Of a DNA stretch of 64,000 bases, positions 11,318 to 24,003 are shown one piece after another. The DNA is taken from the NCBI GenBank assembly GCA_030390025.1, contig JASTWF010000354.1:310001-374000 (forward strand). The letters are read 5' to 3'. The first letter of the stretch is position 1; each line of letters opens with the position of its first letter. A program made the position numbers and the translations under genes. Below the pieces are notes generated by a model that saw only the letters and a list, made by a program, of their open reading frames with translations, made no database searches and was not told the DNA's origin. Source of the DNA: Squalus acanthias (lineage: Eukaryota).

Positions 11318-14089
11318 TACTTCAATGCAAGGAGCATCCGGAATAAGGTAGGAGAACTTGGAGCGTGGATTGGTACTTGGGACTACGATGTGGTGGCCAT
11401 TACGGAGACATGGGTAGAACAGGGACAGGAATGGTTGTTGGAAGTTCCGGGGTATAGATGTTTCAGTAAGAGTAGGGAAGTTGGTAAGAAAGGTGGAGGA
11501 GTAGCATTGTTAATCAAGGATAGTTTAACAGTGGCAGAAAGGCAGTTCGAGGGGGATCTGCCGTCTGAGGTAATATGGGCTGAAGTTAGAAATAGGAAAG
11601 GAGCGGTCACGTTGTTAGGAGTTTTCTACAGGCCCCCAAATAGTAATAAAGATGTGGAGGAAGAAATTGCAAAGCAGATTATGAATAGGTGTGGAGGTCA
11701 CAGAGTAGTTGTCATGGGTGACTTCAACTTTCCAAATATTGATTGGAACCTTTATAGGTCAAACAGTTCGGATGGGATAGTTTTTGCTCAGTGTGTGCAG
11801 GAGGGTTTCCTGACACAATATGTGAATAGGCCGACAAGAGGTGGGGTCACGTTGGATTTGGTACTGGGTAATGAACCGGGCCAAGTGTTTGATTTGTATG
11901 TGGGAGAGCACTTTGGAGATAGTGACCACAATTCGGTAACTTTCACTATTGCAATGGAGAGGGATAGGGCCATACGGCAGGGCAGGGTTTATAATTGGGG
12001 GAGGGGTAATTATGATGCGATTGGGCAAGAATTAGGGAGTATAAGATGGGAACAGAAACTATCAGGGAAAGGCACAAATGAAAAGTGGAGCTTTTTCATG
12101 GAGCAATTACTGCGTGTCCTTGATAGGTATGTCCCTGTCAGGCAGGGAGGAAATGGCCGAGTGAGAGAACCATGGTTCACAAAAGAGGTTGAATGTCTAG
12201 TCAAGAGGAAAAAGGAAGCGTATGTAAGGATGAGAAAACAAGGTTCAGTTGGGTCGATTGAGGGGTACAAGGTAGCAAGGAATGAGCTAAAAAAAGAGCT
12301 TAGGAGAGCTAGGAGGGGGCATGAGAAGTCCTTGGCGGGTCGAATCAAGAAAAACCCCAAGGCTTTTTACTCTTATGTGAGAAATAAAAGAATGACCAGG
12401 GGGAGGGTAGGGCCGGTCAAGGACAGTAGTGGGAACTTGTGCATGGAGTCAGAAGAGATAGGAGAGGTGATGAATGAATACTTTTCGTCAGTGTTCACCG
12501 AGGAGAGGGGCCATGTTCTTGAGGATGAGAGTGTGATAAAGGTGGATAGGCTGGAGGTGGTAGATGTTCTGAGGGAAGATGTTTTAGCAATTTTGAAGAA
12601 CCTGAGGGTCGATAAGTCCCCTGGGCCAGATGGGATATATCCTAGGATTCTTTGGGAGGCAAGGGAGGAGATTGCAGAGCCTCTGGCTTTGATCTTTGGG
12701 TCCTCACTGTCCACGGGGATGGTGCCAGAGGACTGGAGAGTGGCGAATGTTGTTCCTCTCTTCAAGAAAGGAAATAGGAATGACCCTGGTAATTATAGGC
12801 CGGTTAGTCTTACTTCGGTGGTTGGTAAGATAATGGAAAAGGTCCTGAGGGATAGGATTTATGACCATTTGGAAAGGGGCAACTTAATCAGGGATAGTCA
12901 ACACGGATTCATGAAGGGTAAGTCTTGCCTAACAAATTTGATTGAATTCTTTGAGGAGGTAACTAAGTGTGTAGATGAAGGTAGAGCAGTTGATGTCGTA
13001 TACATGGATTTTAGTAAGGCGTTTGATAAGGTTCCCCATGGTCGTCTCATGAAGAAAGTAAGGAGTTGTGGGATAGAGGGAAATTTGGCCGATTGGATAA
13101 GTAACTGGCTATCTCATAGAAGGCAGAGGGTGGTGCTGGATGGAACATTTTCGGACTGGATACCAGTTACCAGCGGTGTGCCACAGGGGTCGGTGCTGGG
13201 TCCTCTGCTGTTTGTGATTTTTATCAATGACTTGGAGGAGGGGACTGAAGGGTGGATCAGTAAATTTGCTGATGACACCAAGATTGGTGGAGTAGTGGAT
13301 GAGGTGGAGGGCAGTTGTAGGCTGCAAAGAGACATTGATAGGATGCAGAGCTGGGCCGAAAAATGGCAGATGGAATTTAACCCTGATAAGTGCGAGGTGA
13401 TTCATTTTGGTAGGGCAAATGTGAATAAGGATTACAGGGTCAACGGCAGGGTTCTGAGGAACGTGGAGGAGCAGAGGGATCTGGGGGTTCATATCCACAG
13501 ATCTCTGAAGGTTGCCACTCAAGTGGATAGAGCAGTAAAGAAGGCCTATGGTGTGTTGGCGTTTATTAACAGAGGGTTTGAGTTTAAGAACCGTGAGGTT
13601 ATGCTGCAACTGTACAGGACCTTGGTGAGACCACATTTGGAATATTGTGTGCAGTTCTGGTCACCTCACTATAGGAAGGACGTGGAAACATTGGAAAGAG
13701 TGCAAAGGAGATTTACCAGGATGCTGCCTGGTTTGGGGGGGAGGTCTTATGAGGAAAGATTGAGGGAGTTGGGGCTTTTCTCTTTAGAGCGGAGGAGGAT
13801 GAGAGGCGACTTAATAGAGGTTTATAAGATGATGAGGGGGATAGATAGAGTGGATGTTCAGAGACTATTTCCTCGGGTAGAGGCAGCTGTTACAAGGGGG
13901 CATAACTATAAGGTGCATGGGGGGAGATATAGAAGGGATGTCCGAGGTAGATTCTTTACTCAGAGAGTGGTTGGGGTGTGGAATGGACTGCCTGCTGTGA
14001 TAGTGGAGTCGGACACTTTAGGAACTTTCAAGCGGTTATTGGATAAGCACATGGAGCACACCAGAGTGATAGGGAGTGTGATAGCTTGA
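11318..14089 (+). CDS. CR1 ORF2 (AP endonuclease + reverse transcriptase), stop-free, native start missing
   Basis: NARSIRNK, ITETW, GDFN, SDH, GVPQGSVLGP, FADD motifs; the 11201 start of the listed ORF lies in flanking DNA. Confidence 0.85.
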   Translation, partial: YFNARSIRNKVGELGAWIGTWDYDVVAITETWVEQGQEWLLEVPGYRCFSKSREVGKKGGGVALLIKDSLTVAERQFEGDLPSEVIWAEVRNRKGAVTLLGVFYRPPNSNKDVEEEIAKQIMNRCGGHRVVVMGDFNFPNIDWNLYRSNSSDGIVFAQCVQEGFLTQYVNRPTRGGVTLDLVLGNEPGQVFDLYVGEHFGDSDHNSVTFTIAMERDRAIRQGRVYNWGRGNYDAIGQELGSIRWEQKLSGKGTNEKWSFFMEQLLRVLDRYVPVRQGGNGRVREPWFTKEVECLVKRKKEAYVRMRKQGSVGSIEGYKVARNELKKELRRARRGHEKSLAGRIKKNPKAFYSYVRNKRMTRGRVGPVKDSSGNLCMESEEIGEVMNEYFSSVFTEERGHVLEDESVIKVDRLEVVDVLREDVLAILKNLRVDKSPGPDGIYPRILWEAREEIAEPLALIFGSSLSTGMVPEDWRVANVVPLFKKGNRNDPGNYRPVSLTSVVGKIMEKVLRDRIYDHLERGNLIRDSQHGFMKGKSCLTNLIEFFEEVTKCVDEGRAVDVVYMDFSKAFDKVPHGRLMKKVRSCGIEGNLADWISNWLSHRRQRVVLDGTFSDWIPVTSGVPQGSVLGPLLFVIFINDLEEGTEGWISKFADDTKIGGVVDEVEGSCRLQRDIDRMQSWAEKWQMEFNPDKCEVIHFGRANVNKDYRVNGRVLRNVEEQRDLGVHIHRSLKVATQVDRAVKKAYGVLAFINRGFEFKNREVMLQLYRTLVRPHLEYCVQFWSPHYRKDVETLERVQRRFTRMLPGLGGRSYEERLRELGLFSLERRRMRGDLIEVYKMMRGIDRVDVQRLFPRVEAAVTRGHNYKVHGGRYRRDVRGRFFTQRVVGVWNGLPAVIVESDTLGTFKRLLDKHMEHTRVIGSVIA

Positions 14090-14174
14090 TCTTGGTCTCG
14101 GACAATGCTCGGCACAACATCGAGGGCCGAAGGGCCTGTACTGTGCTGTACTGTTCTATGTTCTATGTTCTATG
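11318..14174 (+). mobile_element. CR1 LINE, 5'-truncated at the start of ORF2
   Basis: Uninterrupted EN-RT reading frame, 3'UTR and (TTCTATG)n tail; possible TSD TGACTA at 11314-11319 and 14173-14178. Confidence 0.95.
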
Positions 14175-14841
14175 ACTAACAAACGGAACATGGCCTGGAG
14201 CAGAAACTGACTGTACCGGGACCATCATCTCTGCTGCTCGTTCTGTCCCTGAGAGATGGGAATCTCAGCCTTTAACCGGATTGGTATTTCTCTCCTGTTT
14301 GGAGCAGAAGAGATGGTGAGGGAGGAATGGGATCTCGCTCAACACACACACAACATTCTGGAACCAAGAGGGAGCAGCGAGATTCCACCCTCATTAAAAG
14401 GCAAACACAATTCTACTGATATCGACAGGCTAAAAACAGGACAACATCTCCGGGCCGCAGCATTCATGAGAGAGCGGAGGAAGGCGAGGAGTTTCTCTGA
14501 GTGAGGTTAGAGAGTGAGAGGGAGTCAGTGCCCTGAATCACAGCCAGCGCCCGATTGATGGGTCAACTATCCTGTGGGCAGCTTTGATCATCCCTCGGGG
14601 GCTGGTTACTGTTCTGTTCACAGCTGAGAATTATCTTAATGCCCCACAACACCCAATTATTGCTCCATTAGCTGCCTGGCCCAGCCATTTCCCAATATAA
14701 CCTTGCTGACTCTGTGAATATCCAGTCAGCTCATTACAATCCCGCATCAAGTCAACAAGCGACAGAAATTAAACTACTTTCACTTCAAGGAAGAATGAGA
14801 CCGATTCTCTGAAACTCCCTCCAGCACGTGTTCAAACATAG

Positions 14842-17345
14842 CAAGCTGCATTTATATAGCGCCTTTAACGTTGTAAAACGTTACAGAACAAACGGGAAAC
14901 TGTTCAACCTCCGTCGCCTCCAGTCCAGATCCAAGGTCACCCCATCCTCTGTCATCGAATTACAATATGCAGAAGACGCTTGCGTCTGCGCACACTCGGA
15001 GGTCGAACTCCAACCATCGTTAACACCTTTAGCAAAGCGTACGGGAGCATAGGCCTTACACTAAACATCTGTATGACAAAGGTCCTCTACCAACATACCC
15101 CCACCACACAGTACTGCTCCCCGTTTATCAAAATCCATGACAAGGCCTTGGACAATGTGGACCACTTTCCATACCTCTGGAGCCTACTGTCAACAAGGGC
15201 AGACGTCGATGACGAAGTCCAACACCGCCTTCAGTGTGCCAGTGCAGCCTTTGGTCGCCTGAGGAAGAGAGTGTTTGAAGACCAGGACCTCAAACTCGGC
15301 ACTAAGCTCATGGTCTACAAAGCAGTAGTGATACCCACCCTCCTGTATGCCTCAGAGACATGGACCATGTACAGCAGGCACCTCAAATCACTGGAGAGGT
15401 ACCACCAACGCTGCCTCCATAAGATCTTGCAAATCCATTGGCAGGATAGGCGCACCAACCTCAGTGTCCTCGCTCAGGCCAACATCCCCAGTATTGAAGC
15501 TTTGACCACGCTCGATCAGCTCCGATGGACGGGTCACATTGTCCGCATGCCCGATACGAGACTCCCAAAACAAGCGCTCTACTCGGAGCTCCGGCACGGC
15601 AAGAGAGCCCCAGGTGGGCAGAGGAAGCGCTTCAAGGACACCCTCAAAGCCTCCTTGAAAAAGTGTAACATCCCCACCGACACCTGGGAATCTCTGGCCC
15701 AAGACCGCACAAAGTGGAGGAGAAGCATCCGGGAAGGCGCCGAGCACCTCGAGTCTCTTCGCCGGGAGCAAGCGGAAGCGAAGCACAGGCAGCACAAGGA
15801 GCGCACGTCAACCCAAGCACCCCACCCACCCGCCCCTTCAACCACCGTCTGCCCCACCTGTGACAGAGACTGTAGGTCCCGCATTGGACTCATCAGTCAC
15901 CTGAGAACTCATTTTTAATGTGGAAGCAAGTCATCCTTGGTTCCGAGGGACTGCCTAAGAAAACATCTCAAGGTGCTTCACAGGAGCGTAAATCAGAAAA
16001 ATTGACACTGAGCCACATAAGGAGTATTTGGACACGTGACCAAAAGCTTGGTCAAAGAGATAGGTTTTAAGGTGCATCTTAAAGGAGGAGAGAGAGGTAG
16101 CAATGTTTAGCGAGGGAATTCCAGAGCTTAGGGCCCAGGCAGCTGAAGGCACGGCCACCAATGTTGGAACGATGGAAATTGGAGCTTCGCAAGGGGACAG
16201 AATTGGAGGAGCGCAGAGATCTTGGAGGGATATCTGCGCTCCTCTAATTCTGCCCTCCTCAGCATCCCTGATTATAATTGCTCAATCTTTGGTGGCCGTG
16301 CCTTCTGTTGCTGAAGCCGTAAGCGCTGGAATTCCCTGCCTGAACCTTTCCAACTCGTTACCTTTCTCTCCTCCTTTAAGATGTTCATTAAAACCTACCT
16401 CTTTGACCAAGCTTTTGGTCACATGGCCTAAGTTATTGTTATGTGGATCGGTGTCAAATTTTTTGCCTTAAAATTCTCCTGTGCAGCACCTTGGGGCATT
16501 TTAATATGTTAAAGGCACTATATAAATACAAGTTATTATTGTTGTTGGTTGTAGGGCTGGAGGAGATTAGAGAGATAGGGAGGGGTGTAGGGTGGGAGGG
16601 GTTACAGGGATAGGGAGGGGTGTAGGTTGGGAGGGATTAAAGAGAGAGGGAGGGGTTTACAGAGAGAGGGACTGGTGTAGGGTGAGAGGGGGTTACAGGT
16701 ATAGGGAGGGGTGTAGGGCGGGAGGGGTTACCGAGATAGGGAGGGGTGTAGGGCGGGAGGGGATTACAGAGATAGGGAGGGGGTTAAAGAGAGAGGGAGG
16801 GGTGTAGGGTGGGAGGGGGTTACAGAGATAGGGAGGGGTGTAGGGTGGGACTGGTTGCAGAGATAGGGAGGGGTGTAGGGCTGGAGGGGGTTAAAGAGAG
16901 AGGGAGGGGTGAAGGGCTGGAGGGGGTTACAGAGAGAGGGAGGGGGTTAAAGAGAGAGGGAGGGGTGTAGGGCTGGAGGGGGTTATAGAGATGGGGAGGG
17001 GTGTAGGGTGGGAGGAGGTTACAGAGATAGGGAGGGGTGTAGGGCTGGAGGGTGTTACAGAGAGAGGGAGTGGTTTACAGAGATGGGGAGTGGTGTAGGG
17101 TGGGAGGGTGTTACAGAAATGGGGAGGGGTGTAGGGTGGGATGATGTTTCAGGGATGGGGAGGGGTGTAGGGTGGGAGGGGTTACAGAGATGGGGAGGGG
17201 TGTAGGGCGGGATTGGGTTACAGGGATGGGGAGGGGTGTAGGGTGGGAGGGGGTTACAGAGATGGGGAGGGGGTGTAGGGTGGGATGATGTTACAGGGAT
17301 GGGGATGGGGAGGGGTGTAGGGTGGGAGGGGGTTACAGAGATGGG
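14842..17345 (-). mobile_element. L2-type 3' end (minus) interrupted by an RTE fragment and an inverted L2 3' end, followed by its G-rich minisatellite (16547-17345)
   Basis: L2 tail at 14842-14879 resumes at 15961; plus-strand L2 3' end at ~16231-16545; same array unit as at 4829-5380. Confidence 0.75.
14880..15960 (+). mobile_element. 5'-truncated RTE-clade LINE (end of RT, C-terminal C2H2 finger)
   Basis: YRTNGKLFNLRRL, ELQYAED, LLYASETW, LRWTGHIVRM, CPTCDRDCRSRIGLISHLRTH; one frameshift near 15015; candidate TSD AAAAC. Confidence 0.88.
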
Positions 17346-17564
17346 AAACCTTCGATCAGACTTCACTAAAGCTGCTGTCTCCAGTACAACAGCTTATCTG
17401 TAACGATCTGTCACCCTCGACCGACTAAGAGAGCAGCTGTCTACAGGAATCTGGGACTTTAATGTAATATTGAAGTGTTGTGATGTCTGGGCCAGAGGAA
17501 TAAATGGCTTATTCCAATCTGGAAGATCGTCCTGGTAACAACACAGAGACAGTAAAGTAACATG

Positions 17565-18315
17565 GGGCCAGAAATTCAGCTCTCTGGCTTCCTGCGGGTG
17601 CAAGCATCACGTGCGTACTTGCCTACCGCGCCTGCCATTGTGCTTCAGGCCCACGAGGAATTCGGCTCCTGGGCCTCCTCCAGCTGCCGGCGCGCAGTGC
17701 TTGCGTATCCCAGGGGCGCAGTTAGTTCGAAGCGTCCCCTGGGATCACGTGGGCCATGGAGAGCCAATCCTAGCAGGGAATTTTCATTCTGACAGGAAGA
17801 CCTGTCAAATCTATGAATAGAGATCAGCCCCAAAACTACACTAAAATTTCAAATAAATTAAAAAAGAACCATCACATTTTTAAAATAACTATAAATTACA
17901 TTAATTAACTACTTTAAACAAAAATTTAAATTTTTGAAAAAATTAATTACACTTTTTAACGGTGATAAATTTACCTTTCTTTAAAGTATGTAAAAAAGAC
18001 AAACCTGTTGAAAAAATGTTTAAATTGTAATTAATTAACCACTTACCTTGTTAAAAACAGGCCTTGCGCCTCCTTTTTAAAAGTGCAGCTTCTCCATAAT
18101 TACCCTCACGGAGAAACCTGAAAAAAACCCGAAGTTCGCTGCGTGCGCGCTGCCTCTACCGCGCACACGTTCAACTTCTGAACCCCTCCCTTCAGGGGAA
18201 CGGAAGTTCCGGTTTCCCGCACATGCGCAGTGCATGCAGGAAACCGACACTTCAGGTGGCCTTACGGGTGAGTACACAGCGCGTACTCACCCGTGGAGAG
18301 CCGAATTTCTGGCCC
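17565..18315. mobile_element. Non-autonomous Harbinger-like MITE (~750 bp), copy 1
   Basis: TIR GGGCCAGAAATTCAGCTCTC ... GAGAGCCGAATTTCTGGCCC; CpG-rich arms, AT-rich centre; homologous to 45500-46238; TSD not clean. Confidence 0.85.
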
Positions 18316-18380
18316 AATGTGTCTCTAAATTGATCAGAACACGATGATCATTAAGGAAGATGAGGTGTCTTTGTACAATT

Positions 18381-18792
18381 CATAGAATCATAGAATCAGA
18401 CAATGAAAAAGCACAGAAGGTGGCCATTCGGTCCGTCGTGCCTGTGCTGTCTCTTTGAAAGAGCTCTCCAATTAGTCCCACTCCCCTGTTCTTTCCCCAT
18501 AGCCCTGCAAATTTTCCCACTTCATGTATTTCTCCAATTCTCTTTTGAAAGTTATTATTGAATCTGCTTCCACTGCCCTTTCAGGCAGCGCATTCCAGAT
18601 CACAACAACCCAGGGCATAAAAATAATGTTTCCGCATCTCCCTCTGGTTCATTTGCCAATACTTGATAAAGAAAGAATTAGCGGGTCTGTGGGGAAAGAG
18701 CAGGGGGTGGGGCTAATTGCAGAGCTCTTTCAAAGAGCCGGCACAGGCACGATGGGCCGAATGGCCTCCTCCTGTGCTGTGAGATTCTGTGA
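18381..18792. mobile_element. Two CR1 3'-end fragments in opposite orientation
   Basis: CATAGAAT tail and minus-strand 3'UTR at 18381-18660; plus-strand 3'UTR GGGCCGAATGGCCTCCTCCTGTGCTG to ~18792. Confidence 0.75.
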
Positions 18793-18827
18793 AGTAACAT
18801 AAACTATGGTTGACTCGTGGCACCTGC

Positions 18828-19170
18828 CCCAGTAACTAGCAACACCTGCACTAGTAACTAGCAAACCTTCAACAGTAACTAGCATCACCCACACCAGTAA
18901 CAAGTAACCCTTCACCAGTAACTAGCAGCCCCTGGACCAGTAACTAGCAGCCCTTGCACCAGTAACTAGCAGCCCCTTCACCAGTGACTAGCAGTAACTA
19001 GCATCCCCTGCAGCAGTAACTAGCATCCCCTGCACCAGTAACTAGCAGCCCCTGCACCAGTAACTAGCAGCCCCTGCACCAGTAACTAGCATCCCCTGCA
19101 GCAGTAACTAGCATCCCCTGCACCAGTAACTAGCAGCCCCTGCACCAGTAACTAGCAGCCCCTGTACCAG
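18828..19170. repeat. 22-bp minisatellite (~15 copies)
   Basis: Unit CAGTAACTAGCAGCCCCTGCAC. Confidence 0.93.
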
Positions 19171-20393
19171 CCTTTCATTGACTCCACCAGCTCAGTGCAG
19201 GTTAAGTCCCGCTCCCACTCACCCGCTCACTAATAAATCCCCATCGATGTGGGCGGGAGCTTCGCTAAAATCCTGCTTCCATTTGAATTATTCCCGGTGT
19301 TTCTGAGACTCCGACAGATGAATTTTTCGAGGCAATGAGCAGTTCTCATCGATCTGGAGCCAGGATTCATCCCGAGATTTCTCTCTCTCCAGAATTTCAA
19401 AGCTAAAACAGGGCAGCTCATTGAAAATGTAAGAAAGAGATAAATTCTGTTTGTAAAACCCACTCCGATGTGGAATGGTGAAGCGATGGAGGGGATGCTG
19501 GGAATATCTCCTTTCTTTTTTGAGTCTGTTTCAAGTGGGACACTGATGTTTGTGGAGGTGAATTCTGTGGATTATTTATAGAAGGACCCAGTGACTAGAT
19601 TGACACTGTCACCTGTGACCTTTACTCTAACCAATGGTGGAGAAATGAGCTCATTCCCTCCGTTAATCATCTCTCCGACTAGTAGCTGAAAGGCAGCCAC
19701 TCCGACAGGGCAGTGGCACTAATTGGACAGCTCTCTCACAGAGCCAGCACAGGCACGGTGGGCCGAATGGCCTCCTTCTGTGCTGTATCATTCTGTGATT
19801 CTAGACTGATGGCACCACTGGCATTATTTTACTTTTTTGATATGAAAGGCTCGGGAAAAAGCTTTCTCTCTGTGTGGTGTGAGGTGTTGCTGAGCTGCCC
19901 TGTGTCATCACAGAGCTGTGATATTTGGAATGATCTGTTGTTGAGAATCGGAGGCCCACGGTGTCCGACAGGAGTCAGTTTGAAAAGAGAGGAGATAAAT
20001 CAGGAAGGAGGTGATTCTACACTTGGGATTTACAAGGCTGAAGATTGTAGGATCTCCCCCATCGCTGTTCCCCGTGATATCTGGGGTGTCCTTGTCTGAA
20101 AGTCCCTGCCCCTATCCAATGCCCAATGTCTCTCTCTGCGGCCCTCCCTGCTATTAGTGATCACAGTGAGTGTGAGCCCGAGCTCAGCATTTTCTCAAAG
20201 TCCAATTGCCTCCAGTTGTTGTGTTTTTTATTAAATCTAAAAGAGATTCTATTTCCACCAGCGGGCGACTCCATTGAGTCTCTTCACCTTTCACTGAACG
20301 GTTTCTGTTCTGTGACCCCTCCCGAGGGAATCAATGCGTCTGATTGGAGAACAGAACCATGCTGGGCCCAGCGACGAAATGTTATCCTTTGGT

Positions 20394-21235
20394 TCATAGA
20401 ATCATAGAATAGCACAGCACAGGAGGAGGCCATTCGGCCCATCGAGTCTGCGCCGGCTCTTTCGAAGAGCAATCCAGTTAGTCCCACTCCCCCGCTCTTT
20501 CCCCAGATCCCTGCAATTTGTTCTCCTTCAAGTATTTGTCCAATTCCCTTTTGAAGCTACTAGTAAATGTCTTCTGCACCCTCTCCAAAGTCTTCCCGTC
20601 CTTCCTATAGTGCGGTGCCCAGAATTGGCCCCAATCCTCCAGCTGGGGACGGACTAGTGTTTTCTGCAGGTTGAGCACAGTTTCTGGGCTGTTGGACTCT
20701 GTGCCTCTATTTATAAAGCCCAGGATCCCATCGGCTTTATTAACTGCTTTGTTAACCTGTCCTGTCACCTTCACCTGCATCTGTGCACAAACTCCCCCAG
20801 GACTCTCTCTTCTTGGACCCCCTTTTAAAATTGGACCATTTAGTGTGTGTTGTCTCTGCTCATTCTTCCTACCAAAATGTATCGCCTCACCTTTTCTGTG
20901 CTGAATTTCATCTGCCAGGTGTCCGCCCATTCCCACCAGCCTGTCTCTGTCCTCTTGAAGTCGATCACTTTCCTCCTCACTGTTGACTACATTCCAGGGT
21001 TCGTGTCATCTGCAAATTTTAAAATTGAGCCCTGTAAAAATTGTCAAAGTCCTTAATGTATATCAAAAACGTCAGTGGACCGAGTACTGAACCCTGGGGG
21101 ACACCACTGTACTCCTCCCACCAGTCTGAAAAGGAGTCAATCACCACAACTCTCTGTTATCGAAGCCTTACCCAATTTTGAATCCTTGCTGCCACTGCCG
21201 ATTTTATCCCATGGACTTAAATTTTATTAACAAGC
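20394..21235 (-). mobile_element. Degenerate CR1 3' fragment with internal deletion
   Basis: KTLVRPQLEDWGQFWAPHY on the minus strand, CR1 3'UTR, CATAGAAT tail. Confidence 0.85.
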
Positions 21236-21262
21236 CTAAAACAGAAACATTATTACAAACTA

Positions 21263-22246
21263 TTGAGGGAGCGCTGCACTGTCAGAGGGGCAGTACTGAG
21301 GGAGCGCCGCACTGTCACAGGGGCAGTACTGAGGGAGCGCTGTACTGTCGAAGGGGCAGTACTGAGGGAGCACTGCACTGTCGTAGGGGCAGTGCTGAGG
21401 GAGCGCTGCACTGTTGAAGGGGCAGTACTGAGGGAGCGCTGCACTGTCGGAGGGGCAGTGCTGAGGGAGTGCTGCACTGTCAGAGGGGCAGTACTGAGGG
21501 AGCGCTGCACTGTCGGAGGGGCAGTACTGAGGGAGCGTTGCACTGTCCGATGGGCAGTACTGAGGGAGCGCTGCACTGTCGGAGGGGCAGTACTGAGGGA
21601 GCGCTGCACTAACAGAGGGGCAGTACTGAGGGAGCGCTGCACTGTCAGAGGGGCAGTACTGAGGGAGTGCTGCACTGTACGAGGGGCAGTACTGAGGGAG
21701 TGCTGCACTGTCGGAGCGACAATACTGAGGGAAAGCTGCACTGTCTGAGGGGCAGTACTGAGGGAGCACTGCACTGTCGGAGCGGCAGTACTGAGGGAGC
21801 GCTGCACTGTCGGAGGGGCAGTACTGAGAGAGCGCTGCACTGTCAGAGGTGCAGTACTGAGGGAGTGCTGCACTGTCAGAGGGGAAGTTCTGAAGGAGCG
21901 CTGCACTGTCGGGGGGGCAGTACTGAGGGAACGACACCCTGTTGGAGGTGCAGTACTGAGGGAGCGCTGCACTGTCGGAGGGACAATACTGAGTGAGCAC
22001 TGCACTGTCGGAGGGGCAGTACTGAGGGAGCGCTGCACTGTCAGAGGTGCAGTACTGAGGGAGTGCTGCACTGTCAGAGGGGAAGTTCTGAAGGAGCGCT
22101 GCACTGTTACAGGGGCAGTACTGAGGGAGCCCTTCACTGTCGGAGCTGCCATCTTTCAGATGATACGTTAATCCTATTCCCTGTCTGCCCTCTCAGGTGG
22201 GTGCAAATGATTCCACGTCAGTAATTCGAAGAAAAGCAGGGGAATT
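21263..22246 (+). mobile_element. Headless Deu-SINE copy with 33-bp array (~27 units, 21263-22145)
   Basis: Same unit as 2405-3062, followed by Deu core GCCATCTTTCAGATGA...CCCTCTCAGGTGG. Confidence 0.8.
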
Positions 22247-22847
22247 ACTTTCCTTCCTTTTATTATTTCTCATTCCGGTTATCTCTTTCTCTTCTTTTCA
22301 TTCTTTCTTTTCTTCCCTGTTTTTATAGATCATTCCCATCGATCGATCGAAACCGTCAATTCCCATTTCTCCAGAAATGCATCAAGTAGTCAGTGAGATT
22401 CCTGCTCCAGTAATTGTCAGCAATGTGTGGGAGAAAGTGCTGGAGTCTGGGTCACACTAACTCCCGCTCACATCCTTACATTGAATCTAGTGTTTGAAGA
22501 TTGTCTCCAGGGCAGCTTGTGATGGTTTAATGACAGAATGATCTTATTTGCTGCTCAGAAATGTCTCTTTTTCTTATTGCGATTTCAGTGCTTTGCCGGA
22601 AATAATCAGAATCTGGGAATAGTCAGCTGGGGAAATCTTTGTTTAAACTGGGACCTGCAGCAAGGCCGGGATAATTCACTCTGACAGATTCCAGCCTTGG
22701 AATGTAATTTGTCTCCAGGCGGCGTGAGGTGAATCTGGGAAACCTCCCGCCTCAGACTCTTTCCTCATTCCCCTGTTTCTCTGCCCCTCCCCCTCACGGC
22801 CCGGGCATTGCTTTTAAATGACTCTCCAAGTTGTTGTGGTTGTGTGG

Positions 22848-23535
22848 ATCATCTGCAAACTTCTTAATCATTCCCCCTACATTGAAATCTAAATCATTGA
22901 TATACACCACAAAAAGTAAGGGACCTAATACTGAGCATAACGGAACCCCACTGGAAACAGCCTTCCCGTCACAAAAACATCCGTCGAACATTACCCTTTG
23001 TTTCCTGCCACTGAAACAATTTTGAATCCAACTCACCACTTTTCCTTGGATCCCATGGGCTATTACATTTCTGCCCAGTCTGCCATGTGGGACCTTTACA
23101 AAAGCCTTGCTAAAATCCATCTAGACTACAACAAATGTGCTACCCTCATCGACCCTCCTTGTTACCTCCTCAAAAAATTCAATCAAGTTAGTCAGACACG
23201 ACCTTCCCTTAACAAATCCATGCTGACTGTCTTTGATTAATCCGTGTCTTTCTAAACGACGATTAATAATGTTCCTCAGAAACTTTTCCAATAATTTGCC
23301 CACCACCGAGGTTAGGCTGACTGGCCTGTAATTACTCGGTCTATCCCTTTCTCCCTTTTTAAACAACAGTGCAACGTTAGCAGTCCTTCGGCACCACACC
23401 TGTAGCCAGAGAGGATTGGACAATGCTGGTCAGAGCCGCCACCATTTCCACCCTTGCTTCTCTTCACAGGCTGGGATACATTTCATCCGGGCCCAGCGAT
23501 ATATCTACTTTCAAAGATAAAAAACCCCATAATAA
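22848..23535 (-). mobile_element. CR1 RT fragment
   Basis: NYRPVSLTSVVGKLLE, SQHGFVKGRSCLTNL, DFSKAF, KFADD. Confidence 0.9.
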
Positions 23536-24003
23536 CCCCTGAATACTTTAAATATGGGCAAACGCGGCACCCATTTTGTGCACAGCAAGCTCCCGAAAAA
23601 AAGCAATGAGATAATGAGCAGATCAGCTGGGATTGCCAGCACTGAGCTCAGTCCAGCTCCGAGTCAGCACTGAGCTTCAGGCTGCCTTTTCTAACTCACT
23701 GCCGCTCGCTCTCCACTTGTTCCGCTTTATTCCCTCAGCACATTTCACCCTCACCTCAATGGACTTGTTCACGGTGACTCACCGGGATCATTGACACTTT
23801 GTGCTGTGTTTCTCAGACCTTCTCACCTGCATCAATCTCTCTGTCTCTGTCTTGTGCTGTGATTCTAGACGGCCATTAGTGACTCCAGTTCACTGCCTCA
23901 GTCTCGGGGATTAGTGAGAGCTGATGGATCAGCTGTGAGGACAAGACTCGAGTGAGGAGAGAGATTGTCCAGAACCCGTGTTACACAATTAATCCTCCTG
24001 AAC

